From Catajapyx aquilonaris (Eukaryota), in assembly GCA_000934665.2 (NCBI GenBank), contig KZ539014.1, positions 1 to 36,469 on the forward strand: 36,469 bases of DNA. The letters are read 5' to 3'. Position 1 is the first letter of the stretch. Every line of letters starts with the position of its first letter. This document shows, in pieces, positions 21,451 to 33,535 of the stretch. The notes under the pieces are model-generated. The model searched no databases, was not told where the DNA came from, and saw only the letters and a program-made list of their open reading frames with translations. A program made the position numbers and the translations under genes.

Positions 21451-24400
21451 TGTTTATGAGCAGTTATTGTTACAGTAGCAATTTGCGAGTAGTAGCGTAG
21501 GTGTCATAATTATCAATATTTTACTAAAAGTCCTGCCGGGAATGACAAGAAACTATAGTCAGTGAGGCAATCATTTTAATACTGAAAGATAATTAAATCT
21601 AGAAAATGCTAGAGATAAGGCAGTTAAAGCTCCTAAAAATATCTTCGAGAGATACCTTAAGACGGTGGTATCAGATAATGCAAGTAGTGTATGGCACATT
21701 CATCAAAAATGCTGGTTTATCTCAGCACCTGCTTTCATTTTGATATTACCATTCTGAACTATAGTTCTTCCAGTCTCATTTTGTTTTATTTGGCTGCGTA
21801 CTTTGCACTCGTATAGACATACGTCATTACTACCGGATGCCACCTATTTGAATAAAAATCATGCAGGATTTGGTCTGAAAAAACTGAATCTATTTCATTC
21901 CTTTAGTATAGGCGGAATCACATCCGCTTACAAGAACAGACTGCGTCGCAACAATGTGTCAAAAATAGCCTCGTTTTTGATTCCGCACGCTTCTCTGATC
22001 TGATGTTGGTTACGAGGACGATGATCCTGATCTCAACCTTTCAAACCGAGTCCAACTTTACCGTACTCTTTGTATCCGATGCCAATCCCCTCCAGGATCT
22101 ATTTTCTGTTGATAACTCTGAAACCAAGTTTTATCCCCGGCTCAGAAGACGTATTATTTACAGCGAGCTATTCCGTTTTCACTCTAGGAAAGTGTCTTGT
22201 CTCATATGTTGAAATAATGAGGAATTTACGCGCTCAGGCATTCAGCGTATACCACAGAGTTCATTGATTCAAACGTGATGTACGTATATGGTGCGTCTAC
22301 ATCTCTGGGAGCTTAAAGGTCGAATCAGAGTTCGCCATCCATTTCCTGCCTTGAAACTCTGGCTTTCTGGCCAGAGTTCATTCATGCCGAGGTTGCAGGT
22401 TCGATGTAGTCTGTGCATCGTCCCACTGGGAGTACTTTGCCTTCATACTATGCTATCTGCGAAGGGTTAATATTCTGGCGTTGGCACAAAACATGTGACA
22501 TTTCACCTGAAATTTTTAAATACGCACATGTAAGTGGACAATTTTAAATAAACACTTGAGACACCGAAATGTCATGGAATAAAATAGTGCAGATGTCACT
22601 GCCAATTTTGTTGTGTCTTTCTCATTGTTAATTGTGCGTGTCAACATATGTGGGCGAAGTTTGTTAGTGATTTTTGAAGCCAAGGACGACTCGAGTTATT
22701 TTTGTTGAGTTGATTAAGTTCAAAGCTAAGTTGAATGAGCTCGTGCAATACCAGGTAAAATTGATATATTAAAGATGTGAACCTAGCTGGCGTTTTCACA
22801 TACTCTGAAGCAGAGCACCTTCAGCTTCCTAGACTAGCAAAGCACGTCAGAGTGTTTATAGGAAGGCCAATGTTCATAACTCTGCATAAAAATAGCAGTG
22901 TCTGAAAAGGGGCACGTGGGCAGCCCTATTACAACCACGTATGTCGACGACACATGTCAGTCGGCCCGTCATCGAAGGGAGGCCGTAAAGGTCAAGGTAG
23001 TTGACACCTGGGAACCACCCAAGGAGCATTTGGCAAGTTTCATGGGCCAGGGCTTCCCCATGTCTTCTACCGGAAACTTTAAATTTGGTATTTTTGGACC
23101 AGGTTCAGTAAAGAGGCACTGCCAACAAACGTGCTTCTGCAAATCTTTCAAAATTGTCGTCCCACCTCATCCTTGTCGATATTCATCGAGTACCGTGTGC
23201 ATAATGGCGTATCTGAAAAATATCCGACGCAGAATGTGGACGAGCAAAGTCGACGTCCTGTCCCTCTAACTAAAGAGAGATGTTCGCCAGAGGTTGTGAT
23301 CAGTACCAGCTTATTCACCGCAGAAGAAAAAATAAACGACGGTTGGAAAAGCAATGACGGAAAGTTATTTCGAGAGACGGAGTTCCTATCACTCTGGGTA
23401 TAAGTAAACTTCGGGATTAGTTCGGCTCAACTTCCTGTGTAAATTAAAGGACTACCACAACATACTTTGGAAACGGTGCTCAAATTTTTCATTCACGTAA
23501 TGACCGGAATTTATGTGAACATTGGCATTGAAAAGGCACTTTTTTGCGTCTTATAGTTTGGGCATTAATTACTTTGCAATCCCACAATAGGTCATGTCAA
23601 TTTTTCATGATTATGTAATGGCAAGTTGTCACTTGCAGGCGGTAATTTTGATGCACTGCATAACTTCCGTTTGATACAAGTTGCGCAACTTGATTGGGGT
23701 TCCTTTGAGTGCATAAAAATGGACGAGGACATCTAATTAGCACCCAGCAGAGAAACTGTTACAACACGGATTGATATGTATGATGCAATGCGTGTCTAGT
23801 ACCGGTTCAGCAAGGTTGTATTAACCTGATGACGGAAATCGGGTGTAATCAATGCATGTTACGTATGCAGTTGAAATTCAATATCCCATATCTGGGTGAT
23901 AACTAAGACAGCTTGTACAGTGTGCTAAAATCCAACATTTGGCGAACCCACCGTACTCGGTCCCCTAGATAACATGAATCAGCAGTAAACATCTACTATC
24001 TAGATTTGAAGTGACGTACGGTACATGGCCGATGACCCTACCAAGTTCTAATTAAATTGCCCTCTACACTCTACAGACAGACTTTGTGACATTTAGCGGA
24101 TTTCCAGCCCTACTTTGAGGGACAAAAATCCCTCCATTCTCTGGATAACACCCACTTGTCACCAGAGAGTACTAAAGAGGAGACAAAAGAATTTTTTTCC
24201 CAACCCCTGCTGATTTGATTTGGTTCGAAGCAAAATAGCACAGGGCAGCTCTAGTTATAGGTCATTCGCTTGGGAATCCCTTTTATTTCCATGGAAACAA
24301 TGTGTGTGGGACACACGAGTGCTATTTTTTCCCCCTGGAGCTTAAGATTTGCATTGGGCAGAGGTCATGACGCAACAGGGTGTTGGAAACGTCAGTATTC

Positions 24401-25571
24401 ACAACAGAACATGCATGTTTTGGATGATGTAAATAATTGTGGATGTCGATTAATTTTTTGGGGAAAATTTTTTTGCGGGTACTTACATCCCACGTCTCTT
24501 CCTCCTGTCGTCATCCACATCGTTGTCTTTGTTGGGATGTGTCGTTTCAGTAGATTTTGCCTTGCTGATTGGCTGAAAATGAAGGTGATTTACATTAATG
24601 CCTCATCTAATAGACCGCGTTTTTCGCACACTTATTAATATATTCACGACCTGTGGAGACAGGTGTGGGTTTGATAGGAAACCTTTGGGGGGTGGAAAAT
24701 TCAATTTATTGGTTATTTTTGGAGCCTTGTATAAATCGAATTTTTCCCATGGAAATTGATACATCTATAAGTAGTAGCCTATACTGACGTGGGTTGTGAA
24801 ATATCCAGAGTTCATGTCTTGCAAGGATGATTCAGGAAGTGTTATGTCTAGATCTATAATGTGATCAGACTTGACCCTGCTAAAATAACTCGGATGAATC
24901 ATACCGATATGATTTCTTTTTGCACCAACTGACTCGATTTCTTTCAGAGGAAATAAGAAAATAAATAGGCCTATATGTGCGATTGCGTACTGGATTCAAC
25001 CAGTTGCGACTAATAACAAACAAAACATACAGTATATAAAAGGGCGTCTAGTGGTAGGGGGGGGAATACGTGACTTATATGATGTGAAGCAAGTAATTCG
25101 AAGGTTAAATATGCGATTTACGTCATACTGTGAGCCAACACGCTACTGGTTTAAAACGTGATTTATAACATCGCAATCTATAGGTTTCCGTGACACCATT
25201 TTTTTGTGTGAAGATAGAGTGATTCCCCTTTGTTGCTGTTCTGGTTTCCGAAATAGACTCAAAGAGACTTCCTGTTTTGTCAATCACTGGATTAGTGCCA
25301 GGGTGCTGAATCCTCTCGTCACATTTTTAAAGCATACATTGTGCTGCAAGCCATTTCCTACCCGACTCTGATCGTGATATGTTATTTATCAGGACGGAAG
25401 GTATTGGACCACCACAGACTTCCTGACAACAGACGTTAGAATAACTCCTCTTATCGAAGGTCACACTACTTGTTTTGAACCCAGGATGTCACAAAATCCT
25501 GCGACAATCAAACATGAGGCCTTTACAATATCTGTGGCGAAAGTATAGTACATCATTTCTAAGATCATAAG

Positions 25572-25856
25572 CAGTGGCGGATTTAGGGGGGGGGGGNCGT
25601 GCGCCCCCCCCCCCCAGAGCCCGCACCCCCAGACAAAAAAAAACCCGGAAAAATGAAAAAAAACGGGCGGGAAACTCGCAAAAACCCTCTAGAACAGTAC
25701 AAAATTGCACTGTTCTATGGGTTCTTTTCCGTTTTGCGGTGGCGACCCCAAAATTGGGGTCGCGAAGAAGGGTTGTGACCTTGAGCCAGAAAAATATTCC
25801 GCCTGCGGCGGGCCCTGCGCCCCCCCTCCCCAGAAAAATTTCTGGATCCGCCACTG
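25572..25856. mobile_element. 285-bp non-autonomous DNA element (hAT-like CAGTGGCGGAT termini)
   Basis: Perfect 11-bp TIR CAGTGGCGGAT / ATCCGCCACTG; subterminal G and C runs (TGCGCCCCCCC twice); internal hairpin GCGACCCCAA-AA-TTGGGGTCGC (25742-25763). No matching 8-bp TSD seen. Confidence 0.8.
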
Positions 25857-27247
25857 CAATTACAAAATTTTAAACATGTACCGGTGTGCACTGCACTGTA
25901 CTTAGTTTTCTTTTGTACAGATGTGCCACACTATTTTCCTACAGATAATACTCTCATCCTCGTGGGCTATACAATAGAATCGGTGCTCAATTATGTTTGC
26001 GGTGGAGTGACGCCATCGCATAACAAACCTGCCGTCATCAAATGAAGTTCATATTCATGTCCGAAGTAATTCGATTCCGATATTAATACGACGCATGAAT
26101 ATGTGGAATGGTAGATCGTGACTGAGACCTGAATAACCGATGGTATAGTTTCGAGATACGCATTGTGTTGGAGTTGGAAGAATGCCTGTTACTTTGACCG
26201 ACGTATTAGACAGCCATTATGTTCTGGGAGCAGTCAATAAGTTTCTCTACGCAGCTGCAACACATTTCTGACAGCCTGGATGGACTGCAAGGATGTCTGG
26301 ATTTAGGCCCTACTATATCTGCACGGTTTATTTTGGTATGTTTAGTTGCGTGGAGATACACACAGGCGGAAACACCCTCTTATGCCTGACGATACTGAAG
26401 TGTATACTGCCGTATGCACTGAAGGAGCTTCCCATCCCCAGAATTCATCCGCCCATTTACGTAGTGACCATATGCAAAAGAGCCATTAAAGGAGGAAATG
26501 CCACGAGCATGAAAGGAAACCGAGTCCTGACGTACGCATGAATAAACGATGAAAGTTACATGCGAGCTTCTATTATTGACTTGTATGAATACGTGTCCAT
26601 CCAAAAGAAGATAGCATCAAGGAGTTATCTCTCATCAGACACTGCATAGAGTACTACATTCGTAGTTCCGTGTGATTCATGTACATTGCCCGCTGTATAG
26701 GATGCATCATCCGCATGACGTACGTTGAGCCCAGGAATCACACGAGACCATCAACCGTACGGATGGATCACCCTGTGGGAGTGTCATGATTTGCGAAACG
26801 GACCCAAGTTTTCATGCAATTTTAATTGACGTCACGGTTAAGGATGGGGTGGTGGTAGATTAGTCCATAATAAATATTTAGTCGATTGCGCCACTTACCC
26901 TTCCATTCAGGGATAGCACTTTGGTCACAGCCTTTGCTGTGAAGGGTCCTGCAGTCAGTTGGCAGCAATACATCTTCGAGATGCTCATTTAGGCTAATCT
27001 AAGATCTCGATGTTACTGATAAATACAAAAACTGTTCTTTTGGTCGCGAGAAGCCGCATATCTAAGGTCATGCCCTTTGACACGGATCCACTTGATGGGG
27101 GGGAAAAAAGCTGTGATCCAGCGGCAGTTTTGATATTGGACTGGTAATCAATGCGAAAATGTGGCAAAAGGCGTCTCCTCCCCCGGTAGGCTATCAGCAG
27201 GGAGAGGAAGAAGGCAAAGTGTTCGCCATGCTTCTTTGTAGCCACGG

Positions 27248-27270
27248 ATTGACGTCAATGGTCACGTGGA
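27248..27270. promoter_or_regulatory. Composite CRE plus E-box element
   Basis: 12-bp palindrome ATTGACGTCAAT directly followed by GGTCACGTGG. Confidence 0.5.
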
Positions 27271-30200
27271 GTGGTGATAATGCCACCCACAATCTTTCTT
27301 CCCTACATCACTATTGCTTATGTACTGACCCAATCGTGACTGGAGAACTTGATAGAAAAGCCTGCTGAACAATTTATTCGGATCCAGTCTTCCAGTTTAA
27401 ACCAGAAGACTGGCCTATACGACATGGGAGTTTGTTGCCCACTGTAGGGTGAATTGCCTCCAATGTCATGGCCTTATCAGTCATGAGGTGCAATTTACGA
27501 TATTTGGAAGTGTTTACTACATCAGATCATTTGTTATTCAGTCATTACCCTACACTTCTAATTATGAGCGCATCTGGTAAATACTACCAAAGGAAAATAA
27601 AGCTGACACTAGAAATATCAGGCACGTGCACTGAATGTTTGTCGTTCACTAGACTTAAACGTTGTGTATTAACTTTCTCTGTGTCATGGACATATTTTGA
27701 AACAGTGAAACGGGCAATGATGTCACGTGGAATATGCCTCTTCGGAAGTTAATTTGACCCCCTAATGAACATACACATTAATGTTATGCGTCACAGCTCA
27801 CAAGGTTAACTAAAAGGGAAAGTTATTGCTATAGTCTATATCGTAACGTCTTAGAAATATCGCAGCTTCTTGAACATTCCAGATATTGGAGTTATTTGCT
27901 GCGTTTCAATCCGCATTTCTTGGAATTATCTAATCTCTTTAAAATTATTATAGCACATTTAATCTTCACGAGTAAATTGTTCAGCGGTTTAACTGTGGCA
28001 GTGTCTTCTTAAAACCTCATTTTTTAAATATGAATGGCGTCGCAGTATTTCCCAAGTCGCCATCAGGCACAGACATTTGAATATGCTTCTTTCATTTCAA
28101 CCAACTTCCGTGTTGTGACTGCTAATTACAAGGGAGTGACATATTTTGGACATTTCTATAGTGTGCGTGACACCAGCATTATTATTGTGTTACATAAGAA
28201 CCACCTACATGGGGGTAGACCGCACCAAAGAGACCAAAAGAAAAAAAAAAAAGGTGTGAAATGTGGGTTGAAGTTGAGAAGCACAGGTGTGTAAATGGCA
28301 CAAGAGGTTGGTGCGACCTTGGTATTGGTGACGCGTTTCCAAAATGAATTCAGAAATGTCAAGGTTACGATGTCGAATTTACTTGAGGTGTGGTTTTTAC
28401 AGTGGTATAACACCGCCCGCAGAAATTAGCCTAGTTGATAACTAGTGCGCACAATAAGACGTTGAGATTGAAGTCAGCATGGAAACGGATATCCTTCCCT
28501 CACTGATATTGCATTTCAAAACACCGACCTAATTTGTAACCACACTCATTTTTTTCCATTCATCTAAACGGCAATGTCAAAATATAAATAGTGCACGGTA
28601 CCAGATGTCCAGAGTTCGATCCCCGAGAGTAGTTGGAAAGATAGTTATTAACATTGTAAAGGCACGAAAGCAGATTCGCATACGTGTTTAACATATCCGC
28701 AAAATTTCCATGCCATTTCGCAGAAACCATTGGCACTATTTCGTCGGTATAAATTTGCAAAAGGGGATTTTGCACCAAGCCCCTTATTTCTTCAAAATAT
28801 GACACACCGAAATTGGTATTACGTGCAAAGCGGCACGCTGTACTTCCGATCGGGGACGGCCACTAAACCGTTCGAAATGATGCGATGTATCCTATCGCAT
28901 CAGAGAAGGCCATGTCTACGTCAGAATCTGTCGTTACGTAAATCCCGTACGCGTTGGATACTCGAAAACATACGGCGCTTTCTCCCTCATTCACAGAAAA
29001 CTGCGTACCTGAACTTACTCACCTGCGGATCTCACCTCATGTTTACCGGAAGTGTACGGGTAATAACGAGCACCTAACATCGCAATAAGGCTGTTTTGAC
29101 ATTGGTTTCTAAAGCACAGCAAGGGTTTCGATGACGTTTAAGGATTCCACGTGACCTTTTTTTCCTTATTTTTTTACCCTCGACTCGCCTGTTCATTTGC
29201 CGTCTATAGAATAGACAATGAGACTCCGCAGAGCCAGTGTGCTTGATGGCTATGAAATAAGGATGAAAAGACTACAAGTCGTTAGATGAAAAGAGACCAC
29301 CCTCTAGGCCATTTGCCTGTTAGTTAGGACATGGTCTTCAGAGTACTATTCACTGTAAATTTGCTTATGGTAGGTAAGGAGCTGCCCTCCAGCTGCGTTA
29401 TATAGTCCTACAAAACGGTGCGTCGTAGAATTTTGACCTAGTCGTAGGTCATGAAATAAAGGTCGTAATTAACTAGCACGAATCTGAGCTGCAGGAGGCC
29501 AATTGCATACATTGTAAGGAAGCACGTAATATTTTTGAGAAGATTATGATGAAAATTGCTGAGACTGTACTTGTCGGCTTAGAGCTTATTATAAAGCTAA
29601 AGGGTCATTGGCACATTATTGGGGGGACCAATGTACTGTACATACACTAAGTGCTTTTTGACTGTTTTTACTCAATAATTTTGTTGCCTTTTTTAGTGAT
29701 TATTATTCAATATCTGAGTCCAATTTGCTTTTGACAACGTATGATTTTTTTAAATGAGTAAAAATTTTGTTCCATTTTATTCTTAGGAATGATCTACATA
29801 ATCAAATATCTTGCCTTTAGTACAAATGCAGTAGATAGTATCTATTTTTATATCTGTAAGGCAGTTGGAATATACCGGAATTAAATGAGTAAGCTATCCG
29901 GCAGCCCTGCTCTAAAAATGAGTGGTTTTATTTATAGACGCAAGAAAGTATAGCAGGCACTATATTGCAATCTCGGCACAAAATTGAAGGCTTCTCTTAG
30001 AAGCCGGCTTGAATCAAAATGTCTTCAGGTGTAAAATTATTGGCCTCTCTCAAGTCTCCAAAGTAGCAAGACGTCTTCCTATATTTAGCTCCAGGAGATT
30101 TTATTTTTTTATCTCAAAAGATTTTTGATACCAAGAAAGTGCTGGCACGAATTGACTCCAAAGAGCAGTTCCTACAAAGAGATAAACTTAGCAATTTTTT

Positions 30201-31184
30201 AAGGGTTTTTTCTAGAGAGCAACGACCGCTCTCGTTGATGTCGCGGAAGTCTTCGAGAAATTACATACGTATCTAGGCACTTTGTGGAAAAGGTTTTTGC
30301 TGCCAGTTTTTACTATAGAAAAACCTTCGTCGTCTCAACCATCGCCTGACCTGAGAACTACGGATGTTTTGATGGTACGACGCATTATTTGCATTGTCAG
30401 GTGCGTGTTATTTTGCGATTCACGTATGTTACCTAACCTGTAATTGTCTTGACGAAATTTATTACGGCACTTGAACGCTGCGGGTCATAGCGTCATTACC
30501 AAGGCCATTGCATACAGTCATCATGAGAAATTCATGGAGCCATTTGCTACAAGGATGATGACTCTGAGAAGAGATGATAAAAACGTGGGAGACAGCATGA
30601 TTCACCTGACAGTATTGCTGTAACTCTTTTCGAAAAGTCATATACCTTGCGAATTTATTATGATGTAAATAGTCACTGCTGATTCATACGGTAGTGTTAA
30701 AATGACCTTCATTTAAATTTTGTTGCATGCGTATAATAAGCTTCTAACATTTGTCTGTAGCATAATCTATGTTATTATTTTCTTAAAATAGCTTTATTAT
30801 GACACGTTATTTGCAAAATTCTGCTCACTGCGTATGTGATAATTACGGTGACGCGAGTAATAATATTCTGGAATGATGTTTTCATGCGATAATATTCCTG
30901 TCAAATGCCAATATCTGCTCAACATCTATTCGACACTGTAATACAATCCCGCTTTTAAAATAGATACAATGATGTGACACCACTGAAAGTGAAAGCGCCA
31001 ATATCATCAATATAAAAGTTCTGACGTAAATTATTGCAAAAAAAATTTAGATACACCTATAATATGACGCAACTTGAAAATTGCACTATGACCCAGTTTC
31101 GTTACCTCAGGGCCAGGGAGGTCACCCCCCAACCTCTCCACCTCCATTTAGCCCAAAAAGCAGTAGAATCGATCTGACCGCGCC

Positions 31185-31255
31185 TCCCATGACGTCAGTG
31201 ATGACGTCCAGGAAAATGCTCGGAAGTCGTCGTCGGTCGACGGTGACGTCGACCA
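31185..31255. promoter_or_regulatory. Cluster of three CRE/CRE-like sites in a CpG-rich patch (candidate enhancer)
   Basis: TGACGTCA (31190), TGACGTCC (31202), TGACGTCG (31244), plus CGGAAGT. Confidence 0.5.
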
Positions 31256-33484
31256 TAACCAGGTGTACAGGGTCAGATTAAATAGGTCGACGTTCCCCTT
31301 TGTTACCGCGCGGGGAAAATGGCCTACATTTCTTTTGAATCAGCCTTGGAAGATGCGACCCTTACGGGGGTCTTATCATGTGTACTCGACATATATGCTT
31401 GGGTTCACTTCACACGAGGATGCGAAAAAATATATCGCCGTACTGTACATCGGAGCGTGAAGGCGTACTTGCTTCATATTCTTAGCGTATATACGGGTGC
31501 TAAAGTTCGTACAAATGTACTAATTATCGCTTGGCAGTGTGATGAGATAAAATGCACTTAATATTTTTAAATCATGCAATATTACACAATTTGGACTCGG
31601 TGACATGTTTAGCCGTGAAACTTCCTAACCATCTAATAATAGAACAAAGCGATAATACCAGCTTAAGGTATATAATTACAGGGTGACATTAGCATCTAAT
31701 GATTAAAGAAGCTTGGCATTTTGAAGCTCTTGCATATAATCAAAAACAGCGAGGCGGGAATATTGCCACTCGTGTAGCATCCTGGGAAATTCCGACCTTC
31801 GAAAATGGCACAGTTCAGCTTTGCCCAAGCTACGAGATTAAACATGGGCTACGCGGATTCACCAATTGATCTCTTGCAAATACTGTAGAAGCTGAGCAGG
31901 GGTGGAATATTGTGCCTGGAAGCGTGAGGAGAGGGTCGAATGCCACTTAAATGTCTTCTAGGATAAGCTTGATGAAGAACCTGAGGATCAATTTTCTTTA
32001 AGAGGCGCAGGAAGGAAAGAGGAATTTCATTTCTGCGAGGTCCGGTAGAGCTAAAGCAAACGTTTGAGGTTGTCTAAATGGCCCGATTTTATGTCGTGGT
32101 TTGTTCAAAGTCACTGCGGTATTTTCCGGTTTCGGGTACTGTAAGCTGGCAGGGTAACAAGGGCGTGGTTTCGTGGTCCTATACACAACCCTGGACCAGG
32201 TAAACAGAATTTGTTCAGCAGTCCACAGTCCAACAATATTCCATGTAAAATGTTAAAACCAGTAACTCGAGAACATGCAGTAATTTAATTGCTCCCGGTT
32301 CTATGCGAGTTTTGCGGCTCTCGGGTGTTTGCTGAAAGCGAACTTTTACTGCTTAATAATTACCTGTGCAAACACTTATGCGAGAACAAAGTACCTGTTC
32401 ACACAATGACGGAGGACTGGTGTTTACAAGTTCACGTTACGTAAGCGCGGTCTGTTAAGATGCGGATATCTGTAGATTGTAATTTTCTCGTCTTTAATTT
32501 AGCAGGAGGTAAAAGTGGTATAATAAAGGGCACTTCTGACGCCATTAGAGAAGAGGCTGCCACAGATGAACTATACCTGCTAGCCTTCAGGTTGATGTGT
32601 CTTGCCAAGGTCTTTTGGGCACTTAATTTTTTAAAATGTGGGAAAGTGAGGCTGCGTGGGAGATAATTTATGACCATGTGGGATTTTAAAAAATTGGTCA
32701 AATAACTTTAGAGTTACTCCGTTTTTTAAAGTTTCAAGCCTGCGGGTGATAGCATGAAAAATATATTTCATAACGGCAGTAAAGTTACTTTAATGGTAAA
32801 GTCTAGCAGATTGTCCACTCCCAATGCGAAAAAGCCTCATAATTTATGCCAAAAATAGTATGGCACTTAGCAGTTATGTAGTTATGTTGCGAGTGTGCAA
32901 TTTTGTTCTGGGAACGGGCTTACACAAAGTTGATGGTGAGTAAACAAAATCGCTTCCGTCCTCATATATCACTCCGCACCCTTCTGTAGGTTTCATATAC
33001 CAAAGAGCATCGTAGAATTTTACTACTCACTTAGTTTCAGGAACTGGTCGAAAATGAGACTTCTGGTGTACCTGAGAAGTCCTGCATATTGGAAAAGACT
33101 AGGATCTAAAAAGAGGTTTACAAAGGGAGGCAGAATTCTTGTGGGCACGCGACACCCATATAGCAACACCTTTTTATTCTCTCTCTGATCACACGTGCCT
33201 TTGAACCGAAACTTGCCTTTCCACATTTTTCTGCTTTGAAGTCAGACAGGTTCACAAAAAAGGCACGTGTAATTATTTGTAATCATTAGAGGAGGGACTT
33301 CAGCAGATGTCGAGTCTCATTTAGTACGCATTACTTATTGCATAACCGTGTTATGCTGAGAGCCTTTTCAAAATCTGCGTATCAGATCAATTATTATTTT
33401 GGAAACAAGATTTCCGTTAAACAACAAAAGGTTTAATATTTCAAAGCAATCTATTATTTTCACACGCGTTTAATGAGTAAACGA

Positions 33485-33535
33485 CAGGTGCCTAAATGTA
33501 TCGCACAATTATTGTGTGATACATTTAGGCACCTG
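33485..33535. repeat. 51-bp near-perfect palindrome (25-bp arms, one mismatch, 1-nt centre)
   Basis: CAGGTGCCTAAATGTATCGCACAAT-T-ATTGTGTGATACATTTAGGCACCTG. Confidence 0.92.

Noticed and set aside
22898..23403. Overlapping 123-aa and 90-aa ORFs
   Set aside because: Non-ATG starts, no domain recognised, and no convincing splice sites.
24100..24760. Possible old MITE (ACACCCACTTGTCACCA versus TGGAGACAGGTGTGGGT)
   Set aside because: Only a short imperfect inverted match; no termini or TSD definable by eye.
25489..25905. ORFs of 121, 99 and 66 aa
   Set aside because: Arise from the GC-rich hAT-like MITE.
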